DNA of 64,000 nucleotides from a virus. Positions 18,666-29,078 of the stretch are shown in pieces. The DNA lies in the IMG/VR virus record IMGVR_UViG_3300020392_000010, positions 1 to 64,000 of that record. The stretch is one strand, 5' to 3'. Every line of letters starts with the position of its first letter. Within the stretch, counting starts at the first letter, position 1. The position numbers were made by a program, and so were the translations under genes. A model generated the notes under the pieces. That model made no database searches. It was not told the origin of the DNA and worked only from the letters and a program-made list of their open reading frames with translations.

Positions 18666-19700
18666 ATGATAAAAAGTTACGAACAATATATTAAAGAGCA
18701 CTTTGGAGCTATAACAATTGAGTATCCGCCGGAAGACCTGTTTACTAGAAACCCAAGTGTACCAACACCTTTAGCATTAAACACTCACGTAGGAGGAGCT
18801 GGTAGAATGCCTATGCATTGGAACAATTCTCCGTATCTTTCAGGAGGATTTGGAGGATCTGGATATGGAAGATTTGGATCTGATCCAGATGCAGGGAATA
18901 ATAATAATGACATAGGTACTCTATATACTGAAATGGACCAGTATGTATCTAGTTTATTGGATAAAGTAAAAGCAGAGTTAGATTTGCATGTTATTACTAA
19001 AACTGAAAACGGTGAATATGAAAAAATATTAGATGAAATAAAGAAAAATATATCTAGTAAAAAACTTATTTTAGATGAAGATTATTTAGACCCAGAAGAA
19101 GGCACTATAAACTATTGGATGATGGATTCTGAAATAATATTTGAAGTTGAAATGGAGACTCCACCTACTAGCGGTGTTCCTGGAACTTATTATGATCCGC
19201 CAGAACCAGGTGAGTCTGGTGAATATGAAACAACAGTATGGTCTTCTGTTTCAGATGAAACCCCTATTGATCCTACACCAGGGATAGGATCAATGGAGGA
19301 CGTGATTAGTACATTCAATAAATATAAGAGATTTATACAAATAACAATGTATAATGAAGGATTAAATAAGGTATATGATATGATGCAATCAACTATAAAC
19401 AACATAGGCGGTTGGATTGATTCAGAGTATGAAGAATTAGATCATGAGTATTTTGATGTTGGAGGCACTTCTTCAAAAGAAGAAGCAGGAGAAGTAGTTG
19501 ATAATCTAGGTATACTATATTATATTTTTAGAATAGTTACGGTACCGCTTGGATCAATTCAAAAAGATAGAGCAGAGATGCAAAAGGTAGCTTATAGGCG
19601 TCCACCTAAAAATCAATATAAATTATCGGATAAATGTCTATTATTACTATCTAATGTAATTAATATACCCGATATCTTAAAATCACAACCCAGAGAATGA
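18666..19700 (+). CDS. Hypothetical protein with capsid-targeting-like leader
   Basis: MIKSYEQYIKE; Gly-rich segment; GTYYDPPE motif. Confidence 0.6.
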   Translation: MIKSYEQYIKEHFGAITIEYPPEDLFTRNPSVPTPLALNTHVGGAGRMPMHWNNSPYLSGGFGGSGYGRFGSDPDAGNNNNDIGTLYTEMDQYVSSLLDKVKAELDLHVITKTENGEYEKILDEIKKNISSKKLILDEDYLDPEEGTINYWMMDSEIIFEVEMETPPTSGVPGTYYDPPEPGESGEYETTVWSSVSDETPIDPTPGIGSMEDVISTFNKYKRFIQITMYNEGLNKVYDMMQSTINNIGGWIDSEYEELDHEYFDVGGTSSKEEAGEVVDNLGILYYIFRIVTVPLGSIQKDRAEMQKVAYRRPPKNQYKLSDKCLLLLSNVINIPDILKSQPRE

Positions 19701-19921
19701 AAAATTATATTAAAAACTTTAAAGGATTTATAGCAGAGTCTATTGAAACAAACACTAAAGAAGTGCAACTGTTAGATCAAAAAAAAGCTTTACAGGAAAA
19801 ATTAAAGCAAACGACTGATGATATTCAAAAAACCCAAATAGAATCCGATATTTCTAAACTAGATATAGAGATAGAAAAAATTAGACAAATAGAGAAACAA
19901 GAAGAGGCCAATGAAGCATAA
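19697..19921 (+). CDS. Small coiled-coil protein with capsid-targeting-like leader
   Basis: MKNYIKNFKGFIAES. Confidence 0.6.
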   Translation: MKNYIKNFKGFIAESIETNTKEVQLLDQKKALQEKLKQTTDDIQKTQIESDISKLDIEIEKIRQIEKQEEANEA

Positions 19922-20363
19922 TAAACAACATATAAAAAAGATAGAAGACTTTTTAAATGAAGAAAAAGATAATGTAGTTTACAATACTAATTATGCAGGT
20001 ATGGTAAATGGCGCAATTGCTAATCTTTACACTAATATAATGGCAATTGCTCAAGAACTAGCTAATGAAAAACTAGCTAGAGATCCCTACAATAGCACTG
20101 GAGATATAGAAGAGGTAGATATATCAAGAGCTCTTAATTTAATTTTTCATAGTGATTGGAAAAAAAATATGAAAGAAAAATGCCTACAGGGTATTCAATT
20201 AAATGCTGCAAATAGAGCTAATAAAAAAGATGATATATCCAATAAAAAGAATCAAAGAGCCTTGGCTAGATTACATAAAAATGACAATACTATTGAAATA
20301 GACACTACTGATGTTAGATTTAGCGATCAGGCGTCAGGAAATGGACCTGGATCTAATCAATAA
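19911..20363 (+). CDS. Hypothetical protein with capsid-targeting-like leader
   Basis: KQHIKKIEDFLNE. Confidence 0.55.
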   Translation: MKHNKQHIKKIEDFLNEEKDNVVYNTNYAGMVNGAIANLYTNIMAIAQELANEKLARDPYNSTGDIEEVDISRALNLIFHSDWKKNMKEKCLQGIQLNAANRANKKDDISNKKNQRALARLHKNDNTIEIDTTDVRFSDQASGNGPGSNQ

Positions 20364-20387
20364 ATTTTTTAAAATAAATAAAATTAG

Positions 20388-21122
20388 ATGACTGAAGAAG
20401 AATTAATAAAAGACATTAATGAGGAAATAACATTTTCAGGAATGTTACCTTACTCTTTACCTGAAAAAGAAGTAAAAAGACAACTTGAAATAGGTACAAG
20501 ATATTTTTGGGATAACTGGAGACATGCGGTTGAACCTAGATATTTAACGTTACCTAAAGAGTTGTTTATGTCTAAACATTTTAAAAAAATACGTCAAATT
20601 CAGTTACCTGATTGCGTACAGTTTGTTACACAGTGCAAAGAACCTACAGGAGGTTCTATTTTTGGAACAATGGATAGGGACTTTTCAGAGTCAAAATTTA
20701 TAGGTTCAGAGGTGTTTCTAACGCCTTTTATAGGGGAAAGTATAATGTATAGAACAGTCATATTTAGTTTTCTAGATTTAACGAGGGGGCTTGTACTAGA
20801 CACTATAGCCTACGATTATAATAAAAATAGTAAATTATTAACTATTGTTGGAAGAACCCCAAAAGTAGACGCAGTTATACAATTTTATAAAAAGTTAGAG
20901 GTTGACAAACTATATGAAGATGAAATCTTTCAAAGATGGGTAAGGGCTAAATGTAAAGTAAGGCTTGCTCATATGTTACAAACCTTTAAATACACACTGC
21001 CTGGTAATGTAGCAATAAGTTATGAATCAATTACATCAACAGCCGAAGCAGAAATAAAGGCAGTTGAAGATATGATGAGTAAAGAAAATACACCGGATTG
21101 GATTTACTTATACAGACAATAA
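20388..21122 (+). CDS. gp13: Neck protein, T4 gp13-like
   Basis: Size, plus C-terminal LYEDEIFQRWVRAKCK...TLPGNVAISY resembling the gp13 C-terminus. Confidence 0.6.
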   Translation: MTEEELIKDINEEITFSGMLPYSLPEKEVKRQLEIGTRYFWDNWRHAVEPRYLTLPKELFMSKHFKKIRQIQLPDCVQFVTQCKEPTGGSIFGTMDRDFSESKFIGSEVFLTPFIGESIMYRTVIFSFLDLTRGLVLDTIAYDYNKNSKLLTIVGRTPKVDAVIQFYKKLEVDKLYEDEIFQRWVRAKCKVRLAHMLQTFKYTLPGNVAISYESITSTAEAEIKAVEDMMSKENTPDWIYLYRQ

Positions 21123-21136
21123 AATAATATACTAAA

Positions 21137-21511
21137 ATGGGAACTAGTCTTAAAGACATATATATGAGATCGGAAGATGATCCAAATTATAAAAAGGGAA
21201 TACTACAAGTCTCTGATAATACAGAGGAAGCAATATCTCAAATAAAAATGACTGTTCTTACAGAAAAAGGTAGTGTGCTAGGAGAACCTAATTTTGGGTT
21301 AGATGTTAATAAATATCTTTTTGACTTTGATACGGATCCATTTGGATTATCAAATGAAGCCAATGAACAAATAGAAAGATATGTTTCCTCTTCTAAAATA
21401 AAAAATATTGACGTAACGCCTGCTAAATATACCGATGAAAAAGATAGAGACGTTTTTGTGTTAAAAATAAATATAGACGGAGATAATCCATTTGGAATAT
21501 TCTACGGATAA
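21137..21511 (+). CDS. gp25: Baseplate wedge subunit gp25-like
   Basis: IKMTVLTEKGSVLGEPNFGLDVNKYLFD motif. Confidence 0.75.
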   Translation: MGTSLKDIYMRSEDDPNYKKGILQVSDNTEEAISQIKMTVLTEKGSVLGEPNFGLDVNKYLFDFDTDPFGLSNEANEQIERYVSSSKIKNIDVTPAKYTDEKDRDVFVLKINIDGDNPFGIFYG

Positions 21512-21529
21512 ATTAATTAAGCGAAAATG

Positions 21530-23269
21530 TTATAATTGACCTTCTCCTTTAGTTTCACCACCATCCACTACTTCACCTCCTCCTTCAGGGGCTGCTGCGT
21601 CTCCTCCTGGAGCGGCTGCTGCTGCTCCTGCTGCTCCTGCGTCTGGGGCTCCAGCTGCATCGGCTCCTCCTGGAGCGGCTGCTGCTTGTTGCTCAGCTTC
21701 TTCTTTTTCCTCCTGTTCCTGTATGATGTAATTTTTATTAGTTGCAATTTCATCATCGGACATTTTGAGTTCTTTTCTAATTAGATACTCAGTAGAGAAA
21801 TATGGAGTGCCGTCGTCATTCATTACACCTTTCATAGCAGTAAAGCTAGCTAATCTCTTGTTAGCTACTTCTCTTTCTTTCATTTCTTCAAATAAATTAT
21901 CATTGTTAAATACAACACCTATAGCATTCTTAAACTTATGATCTCCTTTTATTTGAGGTATATCTAATTCCATTTGTAACCACAGCGGTTTAGTTATAAG
22001 TTCTTGTATAGTTGTTCTAATTCTATTTATGAATTTATTATATCTTATTTCTTCACGGGTTATACCTTCTGCATTAAGTGTAAATGCTCCCATTCCAGAT
22101 TGACCTTCCCAACGTGAATATGGTATTTTAGAATCCATTTTTAATTTCTTTAAAAAGTGATTAAGTAACTCGGAACCAGATAAATTAGGACCGGGATATT
22201 GTAAAGGTTCTATTTTTACCTGTTCATTTCTATCATTAACCGGAAGAATATAATTTTTATAGAATAAAATGTTAGGTTGTCCATTTACTTTTATTTCACC
22301 TGATTCATTATCAAAGTTAATATCCTCTTTAAGAATATTTAAAAACTCCCTGACATCTTCCTGTGCCTTTTGAATTGATTTAGAACCAACGGGTACCGTT
22401 GTAGTTAATCTAATAGGCGCATTCATAACGTGCCATATTACTTTACTTTGTTCTATTATTCTTAATAGGTTAAATGATCTAATTAATCGTTCTACAAAGC
22501 TAACTCTCTTTGTTCTAAAATGATTAGAATAAGATAGGTAAATTATTTGAGAATCAGTAAGCGTTCTGGTTTCTGTACTATTAGGAGTGTATTGAGTCCA
22601 TTGTAGAAATAATTTACCTGCATTATCTTTTGATAATTGAGGAACTACGCTAGTTGGATCTAATTCCTTATATCCTATTATCTCTCTAGGTTTTTGAGGA
22701 TTATCATATATTATTTCAAAGGCTAAATGGCCTTCTACTAAATATTGATATACATATTGCCAGGCAGATATACCTTCTCCAAAGCCCCATGAATTGTATA
22801 TTTTATGAAAGTTTTCATTATATTTTCTTATTACATTATCTTGATATTTTAATCTCTGTTCCTTTGAATTTCCTTTATACATCATTTTACCCACTGGGTC
22901 AGAAGGTTGACAAAACATGTTTTCGTCATCATATACAATTACATCATCGGTAATTGTTTCTAGTACAAATTCTATTTCCCCATTAGATGCAATGTCTCTA
23001 AGTCTTTCTCTTTTTATAGCGTAATCTAATTGAAAGAACGCAACAGCCTTTGTTCTTAATTGAGAAGTAGTATCAGAGATTGCCATAGACATTCTCATCA
23101 TTTCGTTTTGACCATATTGTTCATTACTTCTAGCCATTAATTGACTTTCAATAAACCCTATAGCTTGTGAATTTTTGAGAAGCAGGTCTTCATGCCTTAC
23201 ATTAAATCTACTTAATGCAGATAATCTACTACTTAATCTATTTACTGTATTTTCTAAAAATCCTGCCAT
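21530..23269 (-). CDS. gp20: Portal protein (T4 gp20-like)
   Basis: YLVEGHLAFE, ELDP, RSFNLLRIIEQSKVIWHVMNAP, KIPYSR and ITREEIRYNKFINRIR motifs; GATAAATA upstream (23293-23300). Confidence 0.9.
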   Translation of the reverse strand: MAGFLENTVNRLSSRLSALSRFNVRHEDLLLKNSQAIGFIESQLMARSNEQYGQNEMMRMSMAISDTTSQLRTKAVAFFQLDYAIKRERLRDIASNGEIEFVLETITDDVIVYDDENMFCQPSDPVGKMMYKGNSKEQRLKYQDNVIRKYNENFHKIYNSWGFGEGISAWQYVYQYLVEGHLAFEIIYDNPQKPREIIGYKELDPTSVVPQLSKDNAGKLFLQWTQYTPNSTETRTLTDSQIIYLSYSNHFRTKRVSFVERLIRSFNLLRIIEQSKVIWHVMNAPIRLTTTVPVGSKSIQKAQEDVREFLNILKEDINFDNESGEIKVNGQPNILFYKNYILPVNDRNEQVKIEPLQYPGPNLSGSELLNHFLKKLKMDSKIPYSRWEGQSGMGAFTLNAEGITREEIRYNKFINRIRTTIQELITKPLWLQMELDIPQIKGDHKFKNAIGVVFNNDNLFEEMKEREVANKRLASFTAMKGVMNDDGTPYFSTEYLIRKELKMSDDEIATNKNYIIQEQEEKEEAEQQAAAAPGGADAAGAPDAGAAGAAAAAPGGDAAAPEGGGEVVDGGETKGEGQL

Positions 23270-23302
23270 TATATGTAATTATATTTTATAAATATTTATC
23301 TA

Positions 23303-23980
23303 TTAAAAGAATTTAGATTCAAATCTTTCAAATATTCCCTGTAATCCTCCAATCTTTTGATTGAATGTAATACCATTTGAAGTTATTCCCATATTATATA
23401 AACTAGGAAGAGTGTTCCAATCTAGTAATCTAACTTTCTTTATACTATTTATCTCATAGTTTTTAACTGCAAAGCTAACATTAGCATTAACTACTTTGTT
23501 CATAAAAGATTCACTTACAGCTAAGAAAGGTTGTAAATATTGTTGATTTCTAAGCCTCTCTTTTAAAGGAGCTTCTATTGTTTTTAAATCTTCACTAACA
23601 TAAGGCTCTATAAAATTGTTTTTAACATTCATTAATGCATAATAAGAATCTAGCACAAGCCTCCTATACTTTGGTTCCATTAGCTTTAAATTAAGAATGG
23701 ATTGATAGTTTTCATTGTTTAAACTTAAGGCGATGCCAATGGGCATTATATCATAATAAGGCTTTTTTGTTATATTTAGCTTTTCCCCTATATTTTCTTT
23801 ATATTCTTGCTGATCAAAAGGTATTAACTCAGGGGATATTTGAAAACCAGGGTCTATACCTAATGAATACATGTGACCAGGTATAAGAGAAGGTGTCATG
23901 GCTATGCCATGATCTTCTACAATTTTAAAAGGATCTTCTATTTGGTATTTTAAGCTTATTTCTCTTAGTAACTTAGCCAT
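23303..23980 (-). CDS. gp2: DNA end protector, T4 gp2-like
   Basis: PGHMY...KPYYDIMP...LNLKLMEPKYR resembles the gp2 core; adjacent to gp4. Confidence 0.55.
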   Translation of the reverse strand: MAKLLREISLKYQIEDPFKIVEDHGIAMTPSLIPGHMYSLGIDPGFQISPELIPFDQQEYKENIGEKLNITKKPYYDIMPIGIALSLNNENYQSILNLKLMEPKYRRLVLDSYYALMNVKNNFIEPYVSEDLKTIEAPLKERLRNQQYLQPFLAVSESFMNKVVNANVSFAVKNYEINSIKKVRLLDWNTLPSLYNMGITSNGITFNQKIGGLQGIFERFESKFF

Positions 23981-24032
23981 ATATTTTATTGCTTAATATT
24001 ATTCTACAATATCTGTGTAAAAAGTTTTGTTT

Positions 24033-24548
24033 CTATCTAAAGTTATTAAATAGAAAGTTTTCAGTTATTATTCCAAATTTTATTCCTTTGGAATCAGCGT
24101 AATCTTTTGCAGCCTCGAATTTAGCTCTATTTACTAGATATGCTTTAGTGTGACTGAGATATTGCTTCATTTGTTTTTCAGTCATTTTTTTAACAGGTTT
24201 AGGGGGCTGGGTATATTTTAAGGGTTTTATTTCTAAAATCCATTTTTTAAAGTTTCCACTCTTATCTTTTGTTACAATATATGCATCTACCCAGTATTTA
24301 CAAGTTTTTTTACTAACTGGATTCCAATAGGCTATACCTACTGGTTCTGAGGAATATTTTAATATTTTTTCATTGTCATCGCAAAACTTTAAAAATTTAT
24401 ATTCCCAACTAGATCGGTATATTATTTGAGAAACGTCGCCTTCGTATTTTTCAGGATTTTTAGGAACAAAATATCCTTGCCTAATTTTTCCTCTTCTAGG
24501 TTTAAGAGTATCTTTTATACTTTTAGACTTATTATTTTTATTAGACAT
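24033..24548 (-). CDS. gp4: Head completion nuclease gp4 (TnsA-like fold)
   Basis: QGYFVPKNPEKYEGD..IIYRSSWE...SSEP...EIKP...FGIITE. Confidence 0.9.
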   Translation of the reverse strand: MSNKNNKSKSIKDTLKPRRGKIRQGYFVPKNPEKYEGDVSQIIYRSSWEYKFLKFCDDNEKILKYSSEPVGIAYWNPVSKKTCKYWVDAYIVTKDKSGNFKKWILEIKPLKYTQPPKPVKKMTEKQMKQYLSHTKAYLVNRAKFEAAKDYADSKGIKFGIITENFLFNNFR

Positions 24549-24973
24549 TAATCATCAGCATTATCTCCAATGAAGGCATCGGCCTTTTTAGGGTCTAATT
24601 TACCTTGTTCTACGAGCTTTACTACCAATGCTGACATTGCTAAATTTTCAGGAACACCGTCTTTATCCATCATTTCTATTTCGTTAGAGTCATACGCATT
24701 TTTTAAGTCGTTGTATGCTTCTTCAGCTGCTCTTTCAACATCTTCTTCAGAACCAACTGCATCTACTAAATCTTCTATTATATCTTCAGCTAAATTTAGT
24801 TCACTAACTGTTTCTTCATCCTCGCTTGGACCTTCTCCCATAGTGTCTTCTATTGCTTTTCCTCTTTTTATTTCATAAGAAGATAATTCATTGTTTTTAT
24901 CAAGGTCCGCTTTTTCTGGGTTCTTTAGACCGTGATTTTTAAACTCAGCTAATGTTTTTATTAATTTTTCCAT
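24548..24973 (-). CDS. Acidic protein with leader-like N-terminus and EF-hand-like motif
   Basis: MEKLIKTLAEF; ADLDKNNELSSYE; AATAAATA upstream. Confidence 0.55.
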   Translation of the reverse strand: MEKLIKTLAEFKNHGLKNPEKADLDKNNELSSYEIKRGKAIEDTMGEGPSEDEETVSELNLAEDIIEDLVDAVGSEEDVERAAEEAYNDLKNAYDSNEIEMMDKDGVPENLAMSALVVKLVEQGKLDPKKADAFIGDNADD

Positions 24974-25004
24974 TTTAATAATTAGTATTATTTTTTTTAT
25001 TTAT

Positions 25005-26144
25005 TTACAAATACAGTATGTCAAACATTGAATTTGTAAAATAAGCATTTAAAGTGCTATTAAACTCTTTAATATTAAACATTGGACCATTTATTGAGCT
25101 TAAAAAAACATATAATGAATTTACATCATTTATTTTTTTAATGTCTATTAATTCATGAGGAAAATCTTTCTTTAAATCTTTTATTAATTTTGACCACATA
25201 AAAACCGTATATCCATCCTGTAAAAGTTTTATTGATTGATTTTTACCTGCTTTATCATTGTCAAACAATATTCTAAATTTAGTTTCTTCAGATAACATTG
25301 AGATTGTTTCTTTAATTTTTCCAGTACCAGTTGAGGCTATTCCATTATATAGAAACATAGAATCAAACTGCCCTTCACAAATAGTTATAATTTTTTTAAA
25401 ATCTACATTAAGAATATTAAATATATTGTTTAATGAATCTATTTCATTTAACTGATCTTTGGACATAAATAACCTGGAAATATCCTTATCTATTTCGGAA
25501 TAATTCATCATTTTGTATTTAGGGCCTCTATAATTATCATCTATTGCCCTAACCGAATACCCTAATATCTTATTAGATACATCATCCTTGTTAAAGATGA
25601 ATATTTTTTCTGATTTAGAATCTTCATAACAACATTCTAAAAAAGAATTACATATATCTAGTTTTCTAGCTTTTGCATAACCTTTACAATTAGAATTTTT
25701 TGATTTTTTTATTCTAGTTAAAGAAAACCTATGTGTAAAATAATCTATGTCTAATAATTTCTCTTTTAGATTGTCGTTTATTAAAAAATTAAGAAGAGAT
25801 AATTTTTTTCTAGATTTTACATTAGCTTCTAGTTCTCCTTTAACAAACATATCAGGTGGCATTAGACTATATTCCTGACAATATTTAGCTATAAATTTAT
25901 CCAGGGTCATAAATATCATACAACCATCATTATAGCATTTATAAGTTTTACTTTCTAAGTATATGTTTCCTCTTTTTTTAGATTTCTTTTTTTCAGAATC
26001 ACCGCATATAGGACATGCTAGGTTTATTTTTTTAGGATTTGAAAAATCTATTTCTTGTTTTATTGAGTCGTTTGGAAAACGGTTTGAAACTAAATCTTTT
26101 AAGAAATTAGGGAGAGTAGTATTAGTATCTAAATCGATTATCAT
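25005..26144 (-). CDS. gp61: DNA primase (T4 gp61-like)
   Basis: Zn finger CPICGDS...CYNDGC; TOPRIM CEGQFD and FDNDKAG. Confidence 0.9.
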   Translation of the reverse strand: MIIDLDTNTTLPNFLKDLVSNRFPNDSIKQEIDFSNPKKINLACPICGDSEKKKSKKRGNIYLESKTYKCYNDGCMIFMTLDKFIAKYCQEYSLMPPDMFVKGELEANVKSRKKLSLLNFLINDNLKEKLLDIDYFTHRFSLTRIKKSKNSNCKGYAKARKLDICNSFLECCYEDSKSEKIFIFNKDDVSNKILGYSVRAIDDNYRGPKYKMMNYSEIDKDISRLFMSKDQLNEIDSLNNIFNILNVDFKKIITICEGQFDSMFLYNGIASTGTGKIKETISMLSEETKFRILFDNDKAGKNQSIKLLQDGYTVFMWSKLIKDLKKDFPHELIDIKKINDVNSLYVFLSSINGPMFNIKEFNSTLNAYFTNSMFDILYL

Positions 26145-26147
26145 CTA

Positions 26148-27593
26148 TTAAAATTTAAGTTCTACTTGAGGTTTTTCTTCTTGGGAATACTCTTCTAATT
26201 CTATTTTTAATCTTTTTGCTGTTCTTTTTCTAAATTGATGTAATTTAGAATTTGGAACAACCTTTGTATTTAACCCATACTTAGATATTATACTTAAATA
26301 TTCTGTAAAGTCATCGTTTTTTATTTCAGCATTAGGGTTACCTATTATATTCCAAAATCTTTCAGGTATTTCTTCATACTCTAATGTCTTTTCATTTATT
26401 ATATAAAGAGGATATTTGTCTTCATCGCTCAGTGGTTTCTTAGAACCTGTTTTAACCATTTCTATATTTCTCTTTAAATGAACATTAAATTCTGTTAAAC
26501 CTAAAGCCACTAACTGTCTATTGATAGGTTCAACTATTAATGAAAAAAATTGCTTATCATAATCTAGAGGTAGAGCTACTTCAGTTGGATAGTTTCCAGG
26601 CGAATAAGCAAACACATCCCAGCCTTTGTCATTTTCTTTAGGGTAATAGTATTTTATTTTTTCTCCTTCTTTTACTTTTTCGTATTTTCCAATTAAGTTA
26701 TTAGTTACAAGTAAATGATTATAGTAAGCAGCAGCTCTTGCGTAAATAGGAATACCTTTTAGCAGTGTTAATTTATTTTCATTTTTTACATATTTGTCAT
26801 ACACTCTACAACTAAATGTTTGAGCAAGTTCATCAGTTGTTTTTAATTTCATTTCTTTTTTAATAGACTCAAAAATAGGAACTAAGTCTTCTTCTGGATT
26901 TATAGACCTTCCTTTTTCTAATATTATTTTTGTAAGATTAGACAAATGATTTCTTGCCCATATTGGATAAGAACCCTTTATCATTTCTAAACCTTTGAAT
27001 ACTTCGTATTCTTTATTATTTTCTTTTAATAAAGATTGATTTGAGTTAGGCTCATATGAAACCCTAAGTGCATAATTTTTCTTTTTAAGCCACATTGCTT
27101 TTGCGGATAAATTCTCTAATTCAAAATTTTGTTGATTAACAGTGTTAAAGTGTTTACCATACTTATCAAAAGCAGTATTGAAATATTCAGCTAATCTATA
27201 TTCATCTATTTTAATACATAATTTTAAGTATTGATCCTCTGTTAATTCAGGCAATCCTTTTATGGAATTTATAGCTGAACCAAACTCTACATATATAGAG
27301 TCAGTGTCAGTATAGATAGCTGCCTCTGATTCTATTTTTTCTATTTTATATTTATCTACACCTAATTTTTGATGAAGCTCTTTATCTAAATGCCAGCGTT
27401 CTTTAAAGTAATAATTCACAGCTTTAATTGTAAATTTAATCAAGTCCTGCCCTTGTAAAGTTATACTTTGAGCTAAATCAACATTAAAGAAGTAAAACCA
27501 TTTATTTCCAAATGCACCATATATAGAGTTAATAAGTAATTTAATTGCAAGTTGTTCTAAGTCTAATTTTTTGTATAAAGATTCCTTATTCAT
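26148..27593 (-). CDS. gp43: Family B DNA polymerase, C-terminal part only (split gp43B-like)
   Basis: Starts at motif B (KLLINSIYG) and has motif C (YTDTDS) and KKKNY; no motif A and no exonuclease domain. Confidence 0.85.
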   Translation of the reverse strand: MNKESLYKKLDLEQLAIKLLINSIYGAFGNKWFYFFNVDLAQSITLQGQDLIKFTIKAVNYYFKERWHLDKELHQKLGVDKYKIEKIESEAAIYTDTDSIYVEFGSAINSIKGLPELTEDQYLKLCIKIDEYRLAEYFNTAFDKYGKHFNTVNQQNFELENLSAKAMWLKKKNYALRVSYEPNSNQSLLKENNKEYEVFKGLEMIKGSYPIWARNHLSNLTKIILEKGRSINPEEDLVPIFESIKKEMKLKTTDELAQTFSCRVYDKYVKNENKLTLLKGIPIYARAAAYYNHLLVTNNLIGKYEKVKEGEKIKYYYPKENDKGWDVFAYSPGNYPTEVALPLDYDKQFFSLIVEPINRQLVALGLTEFNVHLKRNIEMVKTGSKKPLSDEDKYPLYIINEKTLEYEEIPERFWNIIGNPNAEIKNDDFTEYLSIISKYGLNTKVVPNSKLHQFRKRTAKRLKIELEEYSQEEKPQVELKF

Positions 27594-27642
27594 TATAAAA
27601 TATTTATTATCTTTTATAAATAATCTAAAGAAGGTTTTAAAT

Positions 27643-28197
27643 ATGTTTTATAAAAAATTTCCATTTTTAAAATCTTTTCCATTTGATCACTATGAAATAT
27701 CTGGAGGAGAAGAAACGGGCAATAAAGAAGGAAAATTAAGTGAATTATTTGATGATGAATTATACAATTTTAAGTATTTTTCTAGAGATAAGGATATTAC
27801 TATATCTTTTTATGATAGCGATATTGAATTTTTAAATAGAATATCTAGTGAAATTAAATCACTTGACTCTATTAGAAAAAGTATTGATAAAGGTTTAAAT
27901 TCAGATGACATGTTAATAAAATTTTCATCAATAAGAAAAGCAAAAACTTTTTTAAAGAAAGTTAAATCCCCAGCAGAGGACGCCGGTACATTTAAAACCG
28001 TACTAAATGGTTTACAAGAAATTAACGAAGTTAATTTATCTAAGGATATTATTAAAAAAATAGATAAATTAGACAAAAAATTAAAGGATGAAAAACTAAA
28101 TGTTAACGAGTCAATAACAATAGATTCATATTTAGATTTTCAATTACATCACGCTAAGATAATGTTAGGCGTTGTTATAGCATCAAAAATACACTAA
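27643..28197 (+). CDS. Hypothetical protein
   Basis: In-frame ATG at 27643 follows TATAAATA at 27615-27622; the track start at 27571 overlaps the polymerase gene. Confidence 0.55.
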   Translation: MFYKKFPFLKSFPFDHYEISGGEETGNKEGKLSELFDDELYNFKYFSRDKDITISFYDSDIEFLNRISSEIKSLDSIRKSIDKGLNSDDMLIKFSSIRKAKTFLKKVKSPAEDAGTFKTVLNGLQEINEVNLSKDIIKKIDKLDKKLKDEKLNVNESITIDSYLDFQLHHAKIMLGVVIASKIH

Positions 28198-28205
28198 ATA
28201 TATAT

Positions 28206-28967
28206 ATGAGCAGAAAAAGCAGAAGAAATAAAAGGCTATCAGAAGCCGAAATTCAAGAGGTAGAAGAATTTGTATGGAGTAGAAATGTGGAAGAGGATAA
28301 ATTTTTACAAACTATGTCTATAAATACTAAATGCAAAACTAACAATCAAAAGGTATTAGTTAATTCTATAAAACAAAATATGATAACTATATGCAGCGGC
28401 CTCCCTGGATCTGGAAAAACTTTTTTATCTTGCTCAGAAGCACTTAAACTAATAAAATCAAGGCCTAAATATAAGAGAATAGTGCTAGTAAAATCCATTA
28501 CACCTCTTAAAAATGAAGAAATAGGACATTTGCCAGGGGACTTAAAAGAAAAAATGGCACCTATAATGGAATCATTTACTGACAATATTAGAAAGCTAAT
28601 TGGTAAAACTAGAATGGAAAAACTAATAGAATTAGGAGTAATAGAAATTGTACCTATTGCTTTTGCTAGGGGTAGAAGTATAGATAATTCTATTATATTA
28701 ATAGATGAAGCTCAAAACATATCATTAGATAATATTAGAACGCTAATGACAAGAATAGGTGATAACTCTAAAATGGTAATTATGGGTGATGTCAAACAAA
28801 AGGATATAAGAAATAAAAAAGACAGTTCCCTAGAAATAGTTTTAAATAAGTTTAAAGACGTAGAAGGTTTTGGATGCGTTGAACTAAGAGACCCAGAAGA
28901 CGTAGTTAGAAATCCTATTATTAAAGTAGTTGAGCAGATATTTGATAGTATGGAAGATAAAAAATAG
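28206..28967 (+). CDS. phoH: PhoH-like ATPase
   Basis: GLPGSGKT, GHLPGDLKEK, RGRS, DEAQN, TRIG, GDVKQKD, VRNP. Confidence 0.95.
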   Translation: MSRKSRRNKRLSEAEIQEVEEFVWSRNVEEDKFLQTMSINTKCKTNNQKVLVNSIKQNMITICSGLPGSGKTFLSCSEALKLIKSRPKYKRIVLVKSITPLKNEEIGHLPGDLKEKMAPIMESFTDNIRKLIGKTRMEKLIELGVIEIVPIAFARGRSIDNSIILIDEAQNISLDNIRTLMTRIGDNSKMVIMGDVKQKDIRNKKDSSLEIVLNKFKDVEGFGCVELRDPEDVVRNPIIKVVEQIFDSMEDKK

Positions 28968-29078
28968 CAGATAAATTACACAAAAATTAAAAAATTAGCA
29001 CGGTAATTTTAAATAATTTTATTTTTAAAAAAAGCTGCATCGACTATAAAATAAATAAAATAAAAAATTTAAAAAACA

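Noticed and set aside
21536-21784. Cys-rich + strand ORF and alternative-frame ORF over the portal C-terminus
   Set aside because: Artefacts of the low-complexity Ala/Gly/Pro portal tail.
24033-24548. TnsA transposase / Tn7-like element
   Set aside because: Motifs and the gp2/portal context identify T4-like gp4; no other transposon genes or ends are present.
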